From NCBI GenBank assembly GCA_965116475.1, contig OZ220691.1, positions 2,144,001-2,208,000 of the forward strand: 64,000 nt of DNA. Direction: 5' to 3'. The notes beneath the pieces are model-generated. The model was not told where the DNA came from and ran no database searches. It worked only from the letters and a program-made list of their open reading frames with translations. Positions within the stretch are counted from its first letter, which is position 1, and each line of letters begins with the position of its first letter. Shown here one piece after another: positions 58,553 to 64,000 of this stretch. A program made the translations under genes and the position numbers. The DNA comes from Gemmatimonadota bacterium (GTDB lineage Bacteria; Gemmatimonadota; Gemmatimonadetes; Palauibacterales; Palauibacteraceae).

Positions 58553-59755
58553 TCAAGGCACCAGCCCGTCCAGTTCTTCGATCGTGGCCATCGAGGGGTC
58601 GCGTTCGGCCTGGAGCCGGCGCGCCGTCGCTTCGGCGGCGCGCATGACGCGAAGCAGGTTGTCGGCCGCGAGGGCCCGGAGTTCGGACTCGGTCCACCCG
58701 CGGCGGGAGAGTTCGGCGAACAGAGCGGGATACGTCGACACGTCCTCCAGCCCGACCGGCCCCCGGTCGATCCCGTCGAAGTCGCCCCCGATCGCGACGT
58801 GGTCGATGCCCGCGACGTCGCGGATGTGCTCTATATGCGCCACGACATCGGCCATCGTGGCGCGTGGGCGTCCATCCGGCGGGCCGACGTAGGTGGCGAC
58901 TTCCTGGTTCACGAAAGATTCGACGAACGTGACCATGACCACGCCGCCGTTCTCCGGCAGCCGCCGCAGCACGTCGTCCGGCACGTTGCGCGGGTGGTCC
59001 GTCACCGCCCGGGCAGAGGAATGCGAGAAGATGACCGGCGCCTCGGTCACGTCGAGGGCGTCGTGCATGCTTCCCGGCGACACGTGCGAGATGTCGACCA
59101 GCATGCCCAGCCAGTTCATCTCGCGCACGACTTCCCTGCCGAAGGCGGAGAGTCCGCCGAGTTCGGGCAGCGCGCAGCAGGAGTCGGCCCAGGGGAGGTT
59201 GGCGCTGTGCGTGAGCGTCATGTACCGGACGCCGAGCGCGTAGAAGGCCCGCAGGGCGCCGAGCGAGTTCTCGATCGCGTGGCCTCCCTCCATGCCGAGC
59301 ATCGAGGCGACCTTGCCGCGGTGGAACTGGTCCATCACATCCGCGGCGGTGAGCGCGAGCCCCAGGTCCTCGCGGTGATCGGAGATGATCTGGAGCGCGA
59401 TGTCGATCTGCTCCAGCTGCATGCGCGCGCCGCCGCCGTCCTGCATGACCGAGGCGGGGACGTAGACGGACCAGAACTGGGCTCCGACGCCGCCGGCCCG
59501 CAGGCGGGCGAGATCGGTGTGTCCCGGGGTGGGGCGCGAGATGTCGTAGGCGCGGACATCGCGGGGCGCGTCCGCGTTCCGAATGGCCCAGGGGAGGTCG
59601 TTGTGTCCGTCGAACAGAGGGACGCTCGACAGCACGCGTTTCGCGATCTCGAGATGTTCGCCCTGCGCCTGCGCGCGCGCCTCCGTGGCCGCGAGCCCGA
59701 GGCCGAGCGCGGATAGAACCGCCATCGCCGGCGTTCGGGTGAGAATTCGCATCAT
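58553..59755 (-). CDS. Membrane dipeptidase (M19), secreted
   Basis: DGHND, EGGH, TLTH, DISH, SHS, GGDFDG. Confidence 0.93.
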   Translation of the reverse strand: MMRILTRTPAMAVLSALGLGLAATEARAQAQGEHLEIAKRVLSSVPLFDGHNDLPWAIRNADAPRDVRAYDISRPTPGHTDLARLRAGGVGAQFWSVYVPASVMQDGGGARMQLEQIDIALQIISDHREDLGLALTAADVMDQFHRGKVASMLGMEGGHAIENSLGALRAFYALGVRYMTLTHSANLPWADSCCALPELGGLSAFGREVVREMNWLGMLVDISHVSPGSMHDALDVTEAPVIFSHSSARAVTDHPRNVPDDVLRRLPENGGVVMVTFVESFVNQEVATYVGPPDGRPRATMADVVAHIEHIRDVAGIDHVAIGGDFDGIDRGPVGLEDVSTYPALFAELSRRGWTESELRALAADNLLRVMRAAEATARRLQAERDPSMATIEELDGLVP

Positions 59756-59957
59756 CTTGCACCGACTCCCGTTGATACACGCAGCGGCAAAACAGCCTGG
59801 CAAAACAGCCTACCATGGATTCTCGCTTGGCGGACGGCGCGCCGCCAGCCGTGCGGCGTCCCGTGCGGCGTCCCCTGCGGCGTCCGGAGCCGCGCCATGG
59901 GCAGCGTTGTGGCGGGAAGCAGGTGCGGGCGGCCTTCCGGCATGGGTATCTTCCCGC

Positions 59958-60689
59958 ATGCTGATCAACTGCGACATGGGAGAGAGCTACGGGCCCTGGG
60001 AGAAGGGCGCCGATGAAGCGGTGATGCCGCTGATCGACCAGGCCAATATCGCCTGCGGCGGCCATGCCGGGGATCCCGATACGATGGCTCGGACGCTCGA
60101 GCTGGCGGCCGGGCACGGCGTACAGGCGGGGGCGCATCCGGGCTATCCCGACCGGCGGAACTTCGGGCGACTGCGGCTGGACTGGCCGGTCGACTCGCTG
60201 GTGCTCGAGATGCAGGCGCAGATCGGGGCGCTGCAGGGCGTCGCGTCGGCGCTGGGCGTTCGGCTGCGGCACGTGAAGCCCCACGGCGCGCTGTACCTCG
60301 CCATGATGCAGGACGACCGGCTTCTCACGCGGTTGGCGGAAGGCGTGGCGGCCCTGGATCCGTCGCTCGCTTTCGTCCTGCAGGCGACCCCGGAGCGCGC
60401 GCGGCACGCGGCGATGCTGGAGCACACGGAGCTGACGCTGGCGTTCGAGGCCTTCGCGGATCGCGCCTACGCGGCGGACGGGCGCCTTCAGGCGCGGGGA
60501 ATCGACGGCGCCGTCCTCTCGGATGCGGAGGCCGTGGCCGGCCACGTGGCGAATCTCCTCGACGGATTCGTGGAGACGCCCGCGGGTCCGCTGCCCGTGG
60601 CGGCCGAGACGCTCTGCGTGCACGGCGACAACCCCTCCGCCACGGCGGTGCTCCGCCGCATCCGCGAACTCGTGCCGCGGAAGCAGTAG
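59958..60689 (+). CDS. pxpA: 5-oxoprolinase subunit A (LamB/YcsF)
   Basis: NCDMGES, NIACGGHAGD, GAHPGYPD, HVKPHGALY, CVHGD. Confidence 0.94.
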   Translation: MLINCDMGESYGPWEKGADEAVMPLIDQANIACGGHAGDPDTMARTLELAAGHGVQAGAHPGYPDRRNFGRLRLDWPVDSLVLEMQAQIGALQGVASALGVRLRHVKPHGALYLAMMQDDRLLTRLAEGVAALDPSLAFVLQATPERARHAAMLEHTELTLAFEAFADRAYAADGRLQARGIDGAVLSDAEAVAGHVANLLDGFVETPAGPLPVAAETLCVHGDNPSATAVLRRIRELVPRKQ

Positions 60690-60696
60690 ATCGCCG

Positions 60697-61395
60697 GTGA
60701 TCACCTTCCCGGGGCCGGTGAGCGCCCTGGTCACGCTTCCGGTGGCGCCCGACCGGGACGGAATTGCCCGCGTCCTCCGTCTCGAACGCTTCGCGCGCGA
60801 CGCCCTGCCGGACCTTCGCGCGACGATTCCGGCCTTCAACCGGCTGCTCGTCGAGGGCTCGCCCCACAGTTGGAACGCCGCGGCCGTCGAGTCCAGACTG
60901 GCCGCCGGCGCTGAACAGTGCCTCGCGGAAACGCCCCGCATCGACGCGGGAGACGCGGGAGACGTGGGAGGGGCAGGAGACATCGTGTCGCTGCCGGTGT
61001 GCTACGATCCGGATCTGGCTCCCGACCTCGAGGACGTGGCGGCGCACGCGGGCGTGGGCGTGGCGGAGGTGGCGCGACTGCACAGCGGTACGACGTATGC
61101 CGTCCTCGCGACGGGGTTCGCGCCGGGGTTCGCGTACATGGGGGACGTGGACGCGCGGATCGCGCTGCCGCGCCTCGCGACGCCCCGCGCGAGGGTCGAG
61201 GCGGGGTCCGTCGGGCTCGCGGACCGGCGCACCGGCATCTATCCGGCGGCCGGGCCGGGCGGCTGGCGCCTGATCGGCCGCGTTCCCTCCGCGCTGTTCG
61301 CCGATGCCGCCGAGCGGATCGCGCGCTTCCGACCCGGCGGCTCGGTCGAGTTCCGTGCGATCGACCGGGACGAGTACGAGGCCGCCGGCGGATGA
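60697..61395 (+). CDS. pxpB: 5-oxoprolinase subunit B
   Basis: PDLEDVA, GFAPGFAY, PR...PR..V.AGSV, YP...PGGWRLIGR. Confidence 0.9.
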   Translation: MITFPGPVSALVTLPVAPDRDGIARVLRLERFARDALPDLRATIPAFNRLLVEGSPHSWNAAAVESRLAAGAEQCLAETPRIDAGDAGDVGGAGDIVSLPVCYDPDLAPDLEDVAAHAGVGVAEVARLHSGTTYAVLATGFAPGFAYMGDVDARIALPRLATPRARVEAGSVGLADRRTGIYPAAGPGGWRLIGRVPSALFADAAERIARFRPGGSVEFRAIDRDEYEAAGG

Positions 61396-62318
61396 GCCCG
61401 CACGGCGTCGTGGACCGCCCCGGGCCGTTCTGCACGATCCAGGATCTGGGCCGGCGGACCGGCCGCCGCGCCGGGCTGGCTCCCGGGGGCGCCATGGACC
61501 AGCGCGCCTACCTTTGGGCCAACCGGCTGCTCGGCAACGATCCGGCGGCGGCCGCGCTCGAGATCACCCTGGGCGGCTTCGCCCTGCGCTTCGCCGTCGA
61601 GACGGCCGTGGCGCTGACGGGGGCCGACTGCGCCGCCACGCTCGACGGCGTCGAAACCGGCACGTGGCGCACCGTTCGGGCGCGGCCGGGCCAGGTGCTC
61701 CGGCTCGGCTACAGCGCGACCGGCATGCGCGCCGTCGTCGCGTTCCCCGGCGGACTCGATGTTCCCACGGCGTTCGGCTCCGCGTCGGCCGTGGTGCGCG
61801 ACGGATGGCCGGGATTGCTCGGCCGGGCCCTGCGCGCGGGCGAACCCCTCCGCTGGGCTGAACCCGATCGCGCCTGTCCGGTGCGGCGCGTGCCCCGTGA
61901 ACTCGTCCCGCCGGAGACGGCCGCGCTCACGCTGCCGCTGATCGCCGGCTACGAGTGGGCCGAGTTCTCCAGGGCGGACCGGGAGCAGGTGTTCGCAGCG
62001 GAATGGACGCTCGACCCGGCGAGCGACAGAACCGCGGGCCGGCTGGCCGGCCCCGCCCTGGTGTCGGGCCCGCGCGTGCTCGACTCGACGCCACTCGTGG
62101 ACGGGACCGTTCAGGTCACCGGCGACGGCCTGCCGCTCGTTTTCATGCGCGACCGGCCCACGATCGGCGGCTACGCGAAGCTCGGCTCCGTGGACCCGAT
62201 CGCGCTCGACGCGTTCGCGCAGGCGCGCCCCGGTACGCCGATCCGCTTCGCCCGCGCCGAGCCCGATGCGATCCGCCGCGCGCTGGCCCGGCGCGAGAGT
62301 TTCTTCGGAACAAGTTGA
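61392..62318 (+). CDS. pxpC: 5-oxoprolinase subunit C
   Basis: TIQDLGR, GAMD, ANRLLGN, G.VQV..DG.P, TIGGY.K. Confidence 0.92.
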   Translation: MSPHGVVDRPGPFCTIQDLGRRTGRRAGLAPGGAMDQRAYLWANRLLGNDPAAAALEITLGGFALRFAVETAVALTGADCAATLDGVETGTWRTVRARPGQVLRLGYSATGMRAVVAFPGGLDVPTAFGSASAVVRDGWPGLLGRALRAGEPLRWAEPDRACPVRRVPRELVPPETAALTLPLIAGYEWAEFSRADREQVFAAEWTLDPASDRTAGRLAGPALVSGPRVLDSTPLVDGTVQVTGDGLPLVFMRDRPTIGGYAKLGSVDPIALDAFAQARPGTPIRFARAEPDAIRRALARRESFFGTS

Positions 62319-62330
62319 GGAACAAGTTGA
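62307..62330 (+). repeat. Tandem duplication of the last 12 bp of pxpC
   Basis: GGAACAAGTTGA x2. Confidence 0.85.
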
Positions 62331-62406
62331 ACGTTGAAGCCCCGTTTGCTTATGTTTCAGGTTCGGGTGCAGTTCGGGTGGGGTGGATCAGCGGGGTGGA
62401 GGCATC

Positions 62407-63192
62407 GTGAAAACCTGGACGGTGTTCCCGCGCAACGGCGCGCGGTCCCTTCGAAATTCGCATCTTTTCTTCGCGACCTCGGCCGTCTTCCTGGCCGTGG
62501 CTGCGGCCGTGCCCGGCGAGATCTCCGGGCAGAGTCTGCGCGGATCCACGAGTTCGCTGGATCGCCAGAACCGGGTCGCCCGCGAGCACGACTTCACCTA
62601 CATCGCGACGCCGGCGCAGCTGCAGCGCTTCGTCGACAACGGGTATCTCGTGCGCGTGCCCGAAGGGGCGGACTACGACCTTCATGATATCTCCTTCCCA
62701 TACGCGCGCCCGGAAGTAGAGCTGTTCATTTCCCGGCTGGCGCCGCAGTACCGGCGTGCCTGCGGCGAGGTGCTCGTGGTCACGAGTCTGACGCGCCCGA
62801 AGAACCGGCAGCCGCGAAACGCCTCTCCCCGCTCCGTCCACCCCACCGGCATGGCGCTCGATCTGCGCCGCCCGGACCCGAAGTGCCGCGGGTGGCTCGA
62901 GCGCGTGCTGTTGCAGCTCGAGGGGTCGGGGGTGCTCGAGGTGTCCCTCGAACGCCGCCCGCCGCACTACCATGTGGCGCTCTTTCCGCAGCAGTACGCC
63001 GCCTACGTCGAGCGGATCACGCGCGCGCAGCAGCAGTACGTCGCCGGCGGGGAGCAGTACCGGGTGAGGCCGGGCGACTCCCTCTGGGGGATCGCCCGTC
63101 GCCACGCCACGACCGTGACCCGCCTCCGATCCGCGAACAACCTGAGCGGAAGCCGGATCTACCCGGGCCAGGTCCTCACGCTTCCCGACTGA
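62407..63192 (+). CDS. DUF5715-like (peptidase M15-like) protein with C-terminal LysM
   Basis: VTSLTRP, S.RSVHPTGMALD, PPHYH; YRVRPGDSLWGIA...IYPGQVL. Confidence 0.85.
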   Translation: MKTWTVFPRNGARSLRNSHLFFATSAVFLAVAAAVPGEISGQSLRGSTSSLDRQNRVAREHDFTYIATPAQLQRFVDNGYLVRVPEGADYDLHDISFPYARPEVELFISRLAPQYRRACGEVLVVTSLTRPKNRQPRNASPRSVHPTGMALDLRRPDPKCRGWLERVLLQLEGSGVLEVSLERRPPHYHVALFPQQYAAYVERITRAQQQYVAGGEQYRVRPGDSLWGIARRHATTVTRLRSANNLSGSRIYPGQVLTLPD

Positions 63193-63268
63193 TCGCCGAG
63201 GACGATCCGGCCGGCCACCACCCGGGAAGCCACTTCAGACGGAGACCGACATTCGCTTCCAGAGCAGA

Positions 63269-64000
63269 GTGGCGCTGACGACCCTGGCCCTGGCGCCGTG
63301 GGCTGTCACGGTGGCGGGAGCCGGCGGGGCGCAAGCGCAGGAACCGGAGCCGGTGCGCCTCTCGGGCTACGTGCGAGTGGCGGAGAACGACGAGGTGATC
63401 CGGGCCGCCCGGCTCGACATCGAGGAGCGGGGTCTCATCGTCGGGACCAACCGGTTCGGGTTCTACTCGGTGGAACTGCCGCCCGGACGGTATTCGATCC
63501 GCGTCACGAGCCTCGGCTACGAGACCGTGACCGAGGTGGTGGATCTCCGGGAGACGACGTCGCTGGACTTCGCGCTCCCCCTCAGGCCGGTCATCGTGTC
63601 GGAACTCACGGTGACCGCCGACCGGGAACCGCCCGACCTCGACCCGGCGAGCCTGGACATGAGCGTCGTCCGGCTCGATGTCCCATCCCTCTCCGAACTC
63701 CCCCTCGTCCTCGGCGAGGCGGACCCGGTCCGCACGCTGACCCTCTATCCCGGGATCAGCACGGCCAACGACGCGACGACCGCGATCAACGTGCGCGGCG
63801 GCGCCGGCGACGAAAACCAGATTCGTCTCGATGACTCCGAGGTGTTCAATCCGGCCCACGCCATCGGCCTCTTCTCGACGTTCAATTCGGATGCGGTGGG
63901 GGACGTCACCCTCTACAAGGGCGGGATCCCGGCCCGCTACGGCGGCCGGCTTTCATCCGTGCTGGAGATCCACCAGCGCGAGGGCAACTCGCGCGAGTTC
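63269..64000 (+). CDS. TonB-dependent receptor, N-terminal part (truncated)
   Basis: Manual translation: TNRFGFYS, LGEADPVR.L...PG, NVRGG..DEN, YKGGIPARYGGRLSSV. Confidence 0.88.
   Translation, partial: MALTTLALAPWAVTVAGAGGAQAQEPEPVRLSGYVRVAENDEVIRAARLDIEERGLIVGTNRFGFYSVELPPGRYSIRVTSLGYETVTEVVDLRETTSLDFALPLRPVIVSELTVTADREPPDLDPASLDMSVVRLDVPSLSELPLVLGEADPVRTLTLYPGISTANDATTAINVRGGAGDENQIRLDDSEVFNPAHAIGLFSTFNSDAVGDVTLYKGGIPARYGGRLSSVLEIHQREGNSREF

Overview
High-GC (roughly 70% by eye) bacterial chromosome segment, densely coding. Gene content (many secreted hydrolases, TonB/beta-barrel proteins, BlaI/M56, sterol-modifying enzymes, many toxin-antitoxin modules) suggests Gemmatimonadota, possibly a marine or sponge symbiont; this is inference only. 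The window holds four tRNAs (Arg-CCG, Leu-CAG, Leu-GAG, Arg-ACG), a TRAP transporter operon, PxpABC, and many hydrolases and transporters. It also carries a sterol C24-methyltransferase, an ERG4/ERG24-type reductase, a TmpAB-like Fe/2OG + HD oxygenase pair and a BKACE/3-hydroxyacyl dehydrogenase locus. Scattered TA/defence-like modules are HigA, two Phd-VapC, ParDE, AbiEi/AbiEii and two AAA+DUF4143 ATPases. The most notable signal is that several of these modules sit as 1.3-1.8 kb transposase-free inserts at the 3' ends of host genes. They are flanked by 7-8 bp direct repeats copying the host gene end, and each carries its own AT-rich operator. Apparent scars of lost modules (orphan operators, gene stubs) occur elsewhere. 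No integrase, transposase, rRNA or CRISPR array was found.
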